Positions 18,581 through 28,069 of a stretch of 64,000 nt of DNA are shown here, one piece after another; positions within the stretch are counted from its first letter, which is position 1; every line of letters begins with the position of its first letter. Location of the stretch: NCBI GenBank assembly GCA_007129495.1, contig SKVJ01000034.1, forward strand, positions 2,190 to 66,189, in the 5' to 3' direction. This DNA is from Dehalococcoidia bacterium (GTDB taxonomy: Bacteria > Chloroflexota > Dehalococcoidia > GIF9 > AB-539-J10). Position numbers and translations under genes: made by a program. The notes beneath the pieces are model-generated. The model was given only the letters and a program-made list of their open reading frames with translations. It was not told the origin of the DNA and searched no databases.

Positions 18581-19074
18581 CTCTATCATACCTCCAGTCT
18601 AAGTAGTGTAACGTCCACACCGTTTGCGGACCGTTGTACCGCGACAACGAGTGTGAGGGAGTGTCCAGGTGGGCCAATGTATGGTGTGTGGCAACTCAGC
18701 CGTTGCGCCGTGTTCTCGATGCTCTGCCAGAAAATGAGTCAAGATTGAGTATCCGGGTGGTTCAATACACACTTGTGCGGGTATCCTATTGTAGCGTATT
18801 ACGATCGAATGATGTCAACGCTGCTGTGGCAAGACTCCTCTATGAGTTGACGCGCGCTGTGGTGCGATCGGAATTCGTGGGGCTCCTGTTACTCTTCACA
18901 AGCACCCGACGGGCGCGTCGATTCCGCTCCGCCGCAGTCCTTGCTGCCCCGTTTGGCGATTGGCTTGGTCCCTGGCTTGAATCGTATTCTGCGGCAAGTG
19001 TTCAGTGGTTAACCTGTGCTGGTGCCGTTCCTGTTACAATGCGAGCGTTGTCGCATTGCTGGAGGGTTGAATGA

Positions 19075-20328
19075 ATGAATGAAGTCGCCCGGTCGCGCAA
19101 TCCGCGCTTCTTCTACGGCAACTGGCTCGTTCTGGTAACGTTCATATTCCTGTTTCTTGCGATTGGCTGTGGCTCGTTCGCATTCAGTCTCTTCGTCACT
19201 CCCCTGCAGCAGGAGCTTGGTTGGGGACGGGGGCAGATAATGGCCGCATTCACCATATTCTTCGTGACGATGGGTTTCGTCTCTCCACTGGTCGGGCGGT
19301 TCGTGGATCGTTATGGCGCACGACCTGTCATCCCTATGGGCGCGGTAGTGATGGGACTCGGCTTCGTGATGGTGAGCCGGATGAGCGACCTATATCTGTT
19401 CTACATCGGATACGTGCTTGTGGGTGGGGGTGCAGCGGGATTTGGGCAGGTGCCCTGCAGCGCGGTTATCTCTCACTGGTTCAGGAAGCGCCGGGGAACT
19501 GCCATAGGATTGATGGCAGCCGGTGTGGGAGCCGGAGGCGTTCTGGCTCCGCTCATCAGCAGTATCATTGAAAGCCACGGCTGGCGTGCCGCCTATCTGG
19601 CGATGGCGATTCTAATCTGGGTGGTGGTCATACCACTCGGAGCTATTGTGGTTCGCACGCGGCCGGTAGAAAAGGGACTGTATCCCGATGGCGAGCCCAT
19701 ACCTCCTGGCGACCGAGGGTTACCGCTCGCGGCTGTTCACGGCGTCTCGCTGCGGGAAGCTGCACGCACCCGCACCTTCTGGCTTATCGCGGCTTCATTC
19801 TTCCTGGGGTGTTTTTCGAGCATGGGACTGGTGCAAGCACCAGTCCCACATCTGCAGGACACCGGGTTTCCCATCCAGACAGCAGCGTCAGCGCTGAGTG
19901 CCGTCGGCATTGGCAGCGCGCTGGGCAAGATCGCGTTCGGTTGGCTGTGTGACAAGATGCAGCCGAGTAAGGCGTGGGCATTAGGTCAGGCGATGATGCT
20001 GGGTTCGGTCATTATCCTGCTCAGTGTCAGTGCAGAGTCGACTATTGCCGTCATTTGGGCCTATGCGCTCCTGGCGGGTTTTGGTATGGGGGCGTGGCTG
20101 CCCACACTTTCGATACTTGCCAGCAGGAACTTCGGGCTGGCATTCTACGGGGCCATCTTCGGGGCGCTCAACCTGGTCCAGAGCACCGGCACGGCTACCG
20201 GCCCTTTCTTCGCAGGCCTGATGTACGATGCCACAGGCACGTACTACTGGGCGTTTGTGACATACGGCGTGCTGTTCCTGTTTGGCATTCCGATCATACT
20301 TCTCGTTAAGCGGCCTGCCAATCCGTGA
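19075..20328 (+). CDS. MFS transporter (oxalate/formate-antiporter-like subfamily)
   Basis: Predicted 12-TM protein with an N-terminal YGNWLVL...FSLFVTPLQQELGW typical of OFA-type MFS. RBS GGAGGG lies upstream. Confidence 0.8.
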   Translation: MNEVARSRNPRFFYGNWLVLVTFIFLFLAIGCGSFAFSLFVTPLQQELGWGRGQIMAAFTIFFVTMGFVSPLVGRFVDRYGARPVIPMGAVVMGLGFVMVSRMSDLYLFYIGYVLVGGGAAGFGQVPCSAVISHWFRKRRGTAIGLMAAGVGAGGVLAPLISSIIESHGWRAAYLAMAILIWVVVIPLGAIVVRTRPVEKGLYPDGEPIPPGDRGLPLAAVHGVSLREAARTRTFWLIAASFFLGCFSSMGLVQAPVPHLQDTGFPIQTAASALSAVGIGSALGKIAFGWLCDKMQPSKAWALGQAMMLGSVIILLSVSAESTIAVIWAYALLAGFGMGAWLPTLSILASRNFGLAFYGAIFGALNLVQSTGTATGPFFAGLMYDATGTYYWAFVTYGVLFLFGIPIILLVKRPANP

Positions 20329-20348
20329 GGCAGATTCAGTAACTGATG

Positions 20349-21752
20349 TTAGCTTGCTTCCACGAATTGCACCCGGTATTGGTCACCGTAGTCTTGAAGA
20401 AACATGTGCAACTCGTCCAATGACGCAGGCGCCGGCATGTCATGGCGAAAAGGAATCTTCTTCTGGAGTGCGGCGTTGTAGCGCAGGAAGCTTGCGAAGT
20501 CATACGGAAATCTCTCTTCGTTGACACCCAGGAACTCGGCACCGATCGATGCGTGTCGTGCCAGTGACCGCCAATCGTCGATCGATACGCCCTCTACAGG
20601 ATTCACCCCATTTGAGAGTAGCATCTTGTAGAGATAGTCATATGGTTCGGCGCGTGTCAGGTAATTGCTCAGGCTGCCTGCGGAGCGCTGGCCGTTGAAC
20701 ACCATCCAATATGGTACCGAGCCGGTGCGCAGCGTCCAGTAGGGGTCCAGGAAGATGAATGATCCCGTGAGCAGATAGCTGCAAGGGATCCCTCTGCGGG
20801 CGTACCACCAGCGGTAGAAATCCGCCACAAGCGGGCTCATGTCCTCGGGGTCATCAAAGGAAATGCGCACCACTCTTCCGCCAACCTTCCTTCCGAGTGC
20901 GATAACCTCCTCGGCCAGTTGCGGTTGGAATCCCCATTCACCTTCCGGAGTCTCCACGTCTGGAGGTGCCGCGTTCCATCGACGCTTAGGAGAGCCTTCC
21001 CGTTCAAGGAAACCTGTCACTCTATGGCTCCCATTCACATACTCCTCGGGAGATATGCCTCCCGCCCCACCTAACTGGAAGTAGTGTCGCTCCGCTACCT
21101 GCTTTGCCAACCATTTGAATCTGCATTCCACCAGGTACACGGTTGCACCCGAGCGAAACTTCTCCTCGAGAAAACGAGAATAGGACTCCCCGAGCGACGT
21201 ACGCTTGACCCTGAAGTACGACATTCGTCGAACCATCAGGCGATCATGATCCGGGTCATGTGCATGATGCAGCACCAGTTCCGGGTTGTTATTGAGAAGT
21301 GGCGGTGCTGTCTCTCGTCCCCATTCCATGTTTTCGAGCACCTCGTCGGGATGTATCATCCGGCGCCGTACCGGAATCATGAATGTCTGAGGAAGCCAGG
21401 GTGCTCCCAGTGCGGCACACAGGTGGACCATTGCTCCATTTGCTGACCCGATCATGACCGCCTGGGGCGAAACCTTCGGGTACAGGCTGATCACGGTTCT
21501 TGCTATGTCTTCGGCTTGGATTGAACTGAGCGTCCGGGTTGAGATCGTCTCCAGCCAGCCTGCCAATGCATACAGTCTCCGCCCCATCGGGCGGCTGACA
21601 TTGTCCACCAGAAATGCCACGGCCTTCGATTGTGGCAGTATTCCTATGCCGGGGAAATCCTTGCCGGAGAGGCAGTTAGCCAGCGCTCGAAGCATCCCCC
21701 AGGCAGAGTCGAAATTGGCCACACCCTTCGGTGCTCGCATCTTGTCAGGCAT
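20349..21752 (-). CDS. Conserved hypothetical protein, family not recognised (tandem paralog 1)
   Basis: A long ORF with protein-like composition. It is collinear with and roughly 60% identical by eye to 22007..23488. The start is uncertain; an alternative ATG lies at 21740. Confidence 0.7.
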   Translation of the reverse strand: MPDKMRAPKGVANFDSAWGMLRALANCLSGKDFPGIGILPQSKAVAFLVDNVSRPMGRRLYALAGWLETISTRTLSSIQAEDIARTVISLYPKVSPQAVMIGSANGAMVHLCAALGAPWLPQTFMIPVRRRMIHPDEVLENMEWGRETAPPLLNNNPELVLHHAHDPDHDRLMVRRMSYFRVKRTSLGESYSRFLEEKFRSGATVYLVECRFKWLAKQVAERHYFQLGGAGGISPEEYVNGSHRVTGFLEREGSPKRRWNAAPPDVETPEGEWGFQPQLAEEVIALGRKVGGRVVRISFDDPEDMSPLVADFYRWWYARRGIPCSYLLTGSFIFLDPYWTLRTGSVPYWMVFNGQRSAGSLSNYLTRAEPYDYLYKMLLSNGVNPVEGVSIDDWRSLARHASIGAEFLGVNEERFPYDFASFLRYNAALQKKIPFRHDMPAPASLDELHMFLQDYGDQYRVQFVEAS

Positions 21753-22006
21753 ATTCTTCCGGCTTATGTAGCGTCGACTTCGTTTGCCAGTCTCCCATTA
21801 CACTGATTACATCACGGCTGTCAGAGGTTCATGACCGGCCACTTATCCTGTTGTCGCAGCTTTTTGCATTCCCCAGACCGGCATATAATTGATGTCCAGC
21901 GCACATAAGGTTAGCAACAATGTTCGGCTGTGTCAGAAGACTATCGGAGCGCCGGGGGTAGTGACGGTGAAGAAGGAGCCGGTTGATCCAGCGAATCCCC
22001 ACAATT

Positions 22007-23488
22007 CTAGGTAGCTTGCTCGAATCTGATCCGGTACTGGTGTCCGTACTCCCGGAGGAACATGTTGAGTTCATCCAATGTAGCCGGTGAAGGGATTTCG
22101 TAGCGAAACGGAATCTTATTTTTCATTTCGGTGTTGTAGCGCAGGAAACTCGCGAAGTCGTACGGGAACTTTACTTCGTCCACACCGATGAATTCGCCCC
22201 TGATTGATGCCTGGTTCAGAACCGCACGCCAGTCTTCGATCGATACGCCTTCTATAGGATCAATCCCGTTTGAGAGCAGCATCATGTAGATGTAGTCGTA
22301 TGGTGCGACACCTGACAAATAGTCTTTCAGGCGCTCGGCGGACTTCCGTCCGTTGAACAGTGCCCAGTAGGGTACCGAGCCGGTACGGAGCGTCCAGAAA
22401 GGATCCAGGAATGCGAATGATTCGGCAAGCATATGATTGGAAGTGACTCCTCTCCTCCGGTACCACCATCGATAGAAATCTGCTACGAGGGGATTCGCGT
22501 CCTCGGGTTCCTCGAACGAAATCCGGACCACTTTGCCCCCGAGTTTCCTGCCCAGAGCAATCACCTCTTCTCCCAGTTGTGGCTCGTACCCCCATTCCGC
22601 CTCCGGTGTCACGCCATCGACTGGCGGCGCGTGCCAGCGCCGGAAGCGGGAACCCTGGCGCTCCAAGAACCTGGCGACCCGTTCACTACCGTGCAGATAT
22701 TCCTCCGGAGGTACGCCTCCCCCGCCACCGAGTTGGAAGAAGTGACGTTCGGCCACCTGTGTCGTGGGCCACTTAAGCCCACACTCAATTAGATATACGG
22801 TGGCGCCGGAGCGGAGTTTCCTCTCGAGGAAACGCTGATACGTCTCACCAAGCGAGATGCGCTTGATTCGGAAGTAGGCCATGCGTCGAATCATGAGTCG
22901 GTCGTGGTCAGGGTCGTGTGCGTGGTGCAACACCAACTCGGGGTTGTTCTTGAGCAGGTGAGAAGCAGGTTCTTTCCCCCATTCCATGTCGGCAACAATA
23001 TCGTCTGGATCCATGTTTGGCCGCTTGAGGGGAATAAGGAATGACTGTGGTAGCCATGGAGTTTGAAGTGCTGCTGCCAGATGTACCAATGAGCCGTTTG
23101 ATGCCCCGATCATAACTGCTTGGGATGACTGTTCAGCGTAGAGTCCAACTACGGATCGTGATATATCTTCTGCACGTATTGAGTCGATATCTTCTGCAGA
23201 GACCGTCTCTGCCCAGCCGGTGAAGGCGTACACTCGCTGTCCCAGTCTCCGGTCAAGCCGGCCCACAAGCAATTCTATGGGCTTCACTGAAGGGAGAACT
23301 CCAAGGCCGGGGAAGTCCTTGCCGACAAGGCAGTTTGCAAGTGCCTGCAGCATTCCCCAACCAGAGTCGAACCTTGCGATGTATCTGGGAGCCTTCGCCT
23401 GGTCGCTGGGGCGCTTGTGCGGGAGAACGGAGAGGGATGCCCTGTCTCCCGGCATCCTGATGTGTTTCTTCAGGTGATCGAGATCCAT
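22007..23488 (-). CDS. Conserved hypothetical protein, family not recognised (tandem paralog 2)
   Basis: Paralog of 20349..21752. Shared identical blocks are NNPELVLHHAHDPDHDRLM, LVADFYRWWY, WTLRTGSVPYW and FPYDFASFLRYN. The start is uncertain; an alternative ATG lies at 23455. Confidence 0.7.
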   Translation of the reverse strand: MDLDHLKKHIRMPGDRASLSVLPHKRPSDQAKAPRYIARFDSGWGMLQALANCLVGKDFPGLGVLPSVKPIELLVGRLDRRLGQRVYAFTGWAETVSAEDIDSIRAEDISRSVVGLYAEQSSQAVMIGASNGSLVHLAAALQTPWLPQSFLIPLKRPNMDPDDIVADMEWGKEPASHLLKNNPELVLHHAHDPDHDRLMIRRMAYFRIKRISLGETYQRFLERKLRSGATVYLIECGLKWPTTQVAERHFFQLGGGGGVPPEEYLHGSERVARFLERQGSRFRRWHAPPVDGVTPEAEWGYEPQLGEEVIALGRKLGGKVVRISFEEPEDANPLVADFYRWWYRRRGVTSNHMLAESFAFLDPFWTLRTGSVPYWALFNGRKSAERLKDYLSGVAPYDYIYMMLLSNGIDPIEGVSIEDWRAVLNQASIRGEFIGVDEVKFPYDFASFLRYNTEMKNKIPFRYEIPSPATLDELNMFLREYGHQYRIRFEQAT

Positions 23489-23645
23489 AAGCTCTGTTCC
23501 TTTGCGAGTTCGATACTATCACAGGCCGTTCAACTTCGCCTCATCTCTCCAGCAGGTTGCACCGTACTTGTTCCTCTGTCTTGCTCTGATTGTGGAGCTT
23601 TCTTCGCACCATGGTATGTCGGCACATAACCGGTCTGAATCGTGC

Positions 23646-25307
23646 TTACTGGATCATCTCCAGCAACCATGGAGACAGGAACCAGGCAAGCGCCCCGGCT
23701 GCAACGGCATATACCAGCGCAACCTGGAGATTCTTTCTTACTACGGCACCTTCTCTACCCAACAGCCCGACAGTGGTCAGTACCGCGACCACATTGTGGA
23801 TGCATATCATGTTTCCGGCAGCGCCACCGACAGCCTGTAGTGCCAGTACTGGAACCGCGGAAACGCCGATTTCATTGGCGGTGTTGTACTGGAAGGCGCC
23901 AAACATGATGTTTGAGACTGTGTTACTGCCAGAGATGAAGGTGCCCAGTACCCCTACCACTGGAGACATAAGATGCCAGAATCCACCGGCAATCCCGGCG
24001 GCGCCGCGCGCCATCACTATCAGCATGGAGTCCCGGCCGGTGGGATCTCCTGAATTCATGAAGACGAACACCATTCCCAGTGCGAAAACAAGTGCAACAG
24101 CCGCTGGTCCGACCATCTTGAGAGTATGCCTGACAACACGCTGTGCACGGCGCCAGCGGAGGCGGTACAGAATAGGCAGAAAGACCGCAACCAGAGTGAA
24201 TGGTACGATTCCAGGATTGTACAGAGGGGAGATCTCCTGGCTGATACCTGTCCCGAGTATGTTGTTCCAGCCGACAGTGATTGATTGCAGTATCGGCGTG
24301 ATCTGAAAATACTCCAGGCGGGTTACCAGAAGCACCGCCCCGATCACCAGGTAGGGAAGCCAGGCTTTCCAGGTACTCATGCGCTTACTCTCTACTCCTG
24401 CTCCGGCTTCTATATCTCCTACCCACTCGTCTGGCCACTCTTCGCGCGGAGAAAAGTCCCAGACCTCCCGGGGGACCAGGAAGCCTCTGGAGACGGCGAA
24501 TATGAATACCGGCAGTCCAATGAGCGCGCCAAGCAGCGCAGGGAGTTCGTAGCTGATTAGGGTGGCTACAAGTAGCATAGGAAGGGTGAACACGATCCCG
24601 GCGAAGAGTGCCAGAGGCCATACTGCCAACCCTTTTCTGTAAGACCCCTCCGCGATCTTGGTCATGATTGCCACTATTGTCAGGGGAATGAACGTACCTA
24701 TCGCGAAATGGAGGACTCCTGCAAACGCGCCCACTTGTCTCAGGAAGGTGGTGAAGCTGACATTATTGGTAAGGTCAACCAGGTCACGAATCGGCTCGAA
24801 ACCACCCCAGATAGGAACACCAACTGCACCGAACGTTACTGCGGTACTGTCTCCGATCAGCGTGGCAACTACCGCGATTAAGGGAGGAAATCCAAGCCCC
24901 ACCAGTAGAGGGGCGCCCACGGCAGCAGGTGTGCCAAATCCTGCTGCCGCTTCCAGAAAGGAGACCATGAGCCATGCGATGAGGATAACTTGTACCCTTC
25001 GGTCCCTGGAGATGGCTGTCATGGACGCACCGATGCTACCTATGGCACCACTGACTCGAAGAAGCTGCAATATCAGAAGTGCTCCGAAGACGATAATGAG
25101 GATGTCGAGGGCGTTGATGAGTCCGCCCAGCGTTGCTGCCGTGAGCCACCGTAAAGGCATGTTCCAAGCGAGTGCCGCGATTACAGCAGCGGACAACCAA
25201 CCGATAGGCATGGCCTTCATGGCAGGCCACGACAGGCCGACCATCAGTACGCCCACGATTGCAATGGGCAGTAAGGCAAGAGTTACCAGGAACCACTCAA
25301 TTTCCAC
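23646..25307 (-). CDS. L-lactate/glycolate permease family transporter (LctP)
   Basis: About 550-aa polytopic protein whose N-terminal and central segments are typical of LctP (ALLPI..., [13 protein letters not shown]). Has a GTG start. Confidence 0.8.
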   Translation of the reverse strand: MEIEWFLVTLALLPIAIVGVLMVGLSWPAMKAMPIGWLSAAVIAALAWNMPLRWLTAATLGGLINALDILIIVFGALLILQLLRVSGAIGSIGASMTAISRDRRVQVILIAWLMVSFLEAAAGFGTPAAVGAPLLVGLGFPPLIAVVATLIGDSTAVTFGAVGVPIWGGFEPIRDLVDLTNNVSFTTFLRQVGAFAGVLHFAIGTFIPLTIVAIMTKIAEGSYRKGLAVWPLALFAGIVFTLPMLLVATLISYELPALLGALIGLPVFIFAVSRGFLVPREVWDFSPREEWPDEWVGDIEAGAGVESKRMSTWKAWLPYLVIGAVLLVTRLEYFQITPILQSITVGWNNILGTGISQEISPLYNPGIVPFTLVAVFLPILYRLRWRRAQRVVRHTLKMVGPAAVALVFALGMVFVFMNSGDPTGRDSMLIVMARGAAGIAGGFWHLMSPVVGVLGTFISGSNTVSNIMFGAFQYNTANEIGVSAVPVLALQAVGGAAGNMICIHNVVAVLTTVGLLGREGAVVRKNLQVALVYAVAAGALAWFLSPWLLEMIQ

Positions 25308-25436
25308 AGGTATCGTCCACTGTTATGGAATTTCCGTTCCACGTGCTTACTGCCGATGGATTGAACCGCATTCGAACATTGAGGCCTTCGTCAAGCTGAT
25401 CGTAAGACGTGCCCCAATCTGCACGTGATCGACACG

Positions 25437-26795
25437 TCACCGGGCGCTGGCCGAATCCAACTCTTCACTCAGTCGCCAGAAGAACTCGCTAAATGTGGGA
25501 AACTGGAAAATGACATCCCCCAGGATTTGATGCGGCATGCGAGCTCTAATTGCAACTGAAGCGATATGTATCCACTCGCTTGAGAGCGGACCGACTGCAG
25601 CCGCACCAAGTACCTCGCCGGTATTCCGTTCGACCACCATCTTGCACACTCCGGACCAGTCGGTCTGGTAGGTGTATGGCCGATCGAGTTCCTCCATCGG
25701 CAAGCTTGCGGTGAGGATGTCGATGCCACGCTCCCTAGCCTGTTGCTCGGTAAGTCCTACGGCGGCTATTTCTGGGTCCGTGAACGTAACCCGCGGTACA
25801 GCCCGCTCGTCGAGGGGGCGAGAAAGCCCCAGAATGTTGCCTGCCACGCAGCGCGCGTGGTAGAGGCCCCGATGGGTGAAGAAGGGTGGGCCTATGATAT
25901 CGCCTATAGCCCAAAGACCTTTTCCGGCACGGCCGAACTCATCCACCGGAACTGCCGCGCGGGTGTCAATCCCTACCGTTTCAAGGCCGAGGTCAGTAGT
26001 ACGGGGTTTCCTTCCAACGGCAATGACGACCTCATCAGCCTTGGCGTCGGATCCGTCCGACAATTCAGCTACTTTTGTATCACCGTGTTTCGTCAACTTC
26101 TGCACCTCAACGCCAAGGCGCACATCTATCCGATCTGCTTCCAATGCCTGCAGGAGGTGTTCACCGAGCTCGCTCTCCTCGTTGCCGAACAGGGTTTTGG
26201 CGCGCTCGATTATCGTCACTGCGGCACCGTAGCGCTGCATCATCTGTCCTATCTCTACGGCTACAGGCCCACCGCCGACAAACAGGATGCTCCTTGGTAT
26301 CTGCCTGACAGAGACTATTTCACGATTCGTCCAGTAGCCTGTATCGATCAATCCTTCAATGGGAGGAATGATCGGTTCCGATCCCGTGGCAAGCACAATG
26401 TCAGGGGCAGTGAACGTGCGATCTCCTGCTGTCACGGTCCCCGGGCCGCTGAGTCGACCCGTCATTCGAATGAGATGGGCCCCGCGTTCTCTGAGTCTAT
26501 CTGCCAGCATGGAATCGTCGTAATGGCGTACGGCTTTGTCACGATAGTCTGAGATCTCAGACCAGTTGAGTTCTACTGGCTTGGTTCCGAAGCACTTGAC
26601 GCTCTCACCCCAGAGCGCTGAGGGTCTCAGCAGGGTCTTGGTTGGGTTGCATGCCCAGTAGCCGCATTCGCCCTGTACTCGCTCATGCTCCAGCGCGGCC
26701 ACCTTCTTACCCGCTGCCCCCAACTGATGTGCCAGTGCCTCTCCTGCAGCTCCCGTCCCAATAAGGACTACGTCGAATCTCTCCTCCTTATCCAT
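25437..26795 (-). CDS. Class I pyridine nucleotide-disulfide oxidoreductase (dihydrolipoamide dehydrogenase / mercuric reductase-like)
   Basis: Carries the FAD motif GTGAAG, a redox CGYWAC (CxxxxC) and a second Rossmann GGGPVAVE. RBS GGGAGGGG lies upstream. Confidence 0.8.
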   Translation of the reverse strand: MDKEERFDVVLIGTGAAGEALAHQLGAAGKKVAALEHERVQGECGYWACNPTKTLLRPSALWGESVKCFGTKPVELNWSEISDYRDKAVRHYDDSMLADRLRERGAHLIRMTGRLSGPGTVTAGDRTFTAPDIVLATGSEPIIPPIEGLIDTGYWTNREIVSVRQIPRSILFVGGGPVAVEIGQMMQRYGAAVTIIERAKTLFGNEESELGEHLLQALEADRIDVRLGVEVQKLTKHGDTKVAELSDGSDAKADEVVIAVGRKPRTTDLGLETVGIDTRAAVPVDEFGRAGKGLWAIGDIIGPPFFTHRGLYHARCVAGNILGLSRPLDERAVPRVTFTDPEIAAVGLTEQQARERGIDILTASLPMEELDRPYTYQTDWSGVCKMVVERNTGEVLGAAAVGPLSSEWIHIASVAIRARMPHQILGDVIFQFPTFSEFFWRLSEELDSASAR

Positions 26796-27166
26796 GAAGC
26801 CACCCCTCCCATTAACGTAATCTTACCGTCGCGCAGTAATGACGGTAAGGCTAGAATGACCGATGGGTCCTGTCAAATCATGCATATGAACTACGTCTTT
26901 CCGGACAGAATGAATGCAAGCCTGCGCCGGTACCCGGTAAATTCGTCGTATCGGTGCGTATAAGGTTGACGAGAGCACAGAACAGGAACTCTGGCATTCA
27001 AGTCATTCCAGGGCTGACCGGTTCACGTCGTTCAGTCTTGCGATGATTCCCGATTCAGTGGCTACGGATCTCATGTGAAAGACTTGCGTCATGTCTGCTC
27101 CTCTCGCTATTCTCAGTGCACCGAGGGTCTTTCGGCTGGTTCAGTCGAGAGAATAAGGAGGGCAGA

Positions 27167-27415
27167 ATGCCATCAGAGAGGATCGATGATGCGATCGACA
27201 GGCTGGCCAAGGAGTATGTTGAGGCCTCGCGGAAATACCATGATTTCCTCGGCAGATTCGTTGAAGGAGGGGACCTGAATCCAGGCGAAGCTGCGGCGAA
27301 ACAGAAACAGACTCTGACAGAGACGAGTCTCGAACATCTTAACAAGCTTGATGCCGAAGTGGCGCATGCCCGTGCGCGATGGCACGAGGCTGTGCGGCAG
27401 AAGCTTCAAGAGTAG
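27167..27415 (+). CDS. Hypothetical small helical protein
   Basis: Start trimmed to MPSERIDD, 5 nt after AAGGAGGG. I recognise no family. Confidence 0.4.
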   Translation: MPSERIDDAIDRLAKEYVEASRKYHDFLGRFVEGGDLNPGEAAAKQKQTLTETSLEHLNKLDAEVAHARARWHEAVRQKLQE

Positions 27416-27787
27416 CTGTAATCCATTCATCTCCACAATCGTGAAGTGGGACGGACATTCTATCAGGCGGATTCCTAGCAAGTCGGCAGGTTGGATGTGT
27501 GCCACTGATATGGTGTCAAGAATGTCGGGCATCCCGGGGGCGGGGATGTTGTCTCAATGCCGTGCCGGGTGCGAACTTACCACTCTCTCCGTTTCTCGCT
27601 CGGGCAGAAAGAAACACCAACTGCTGGCTGAGCCGTAAATGCGAGCGCCATAGGGCATAAGGTTTGCTAGAATCCTTGACGGTAAGCACTTCTGAGTCGA
27701 TGACTTCAGATGGTCGTCCCTTACTCATCTGAAAGGCTGCAATCGCTGGCGAGTATTCCCGAGTGGGTATAAGGAGGAACGGAAACA

Positions 27788-28069
27788 ATGAAGATAGTTA
27801 AAGTCCCGGGTGAAGAGTCACATCACATAATGCTGTACGCGCTCAGCACCTGTGTCTGGTGTCAGAAGACCAAGAAGCTTCTGAATGACCTTGGTGTGGC
27901 GTACGATTACGTGGATGTTGACCGCTTCAGTGGAGAGGCAAGAAAGGAGGCGGTGGAGAAGTTGAAGGCTTGTAATCCGCGAAGCAGTTTTCCGACGGTT
28001 GTCATCGACAATGTTACGTGTATCAACGGATATAAGGTGGACGAAATAAGGGAGGCGTTGGGAAAATGA
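27788..28069 (+). CDS. Glutaredoxin-like protein (CxxC = CVWC)
   Basis: Thioredoxin-fold pattern [16 protein letters not shown]...FPTVVI. RBS AAGGAGGAA lies upstream. Its stop overlaps the next gene's start (ATGA). Confidence 0.7.
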   Translation: MKIVKVPGEESHHIMLYALSTCVWCQKTKKLLNDLGVAYDYVDVDRFSGEARKEAVEKLKACNPRSSFPTVVIDNVTCINGYKVDEIREALGK

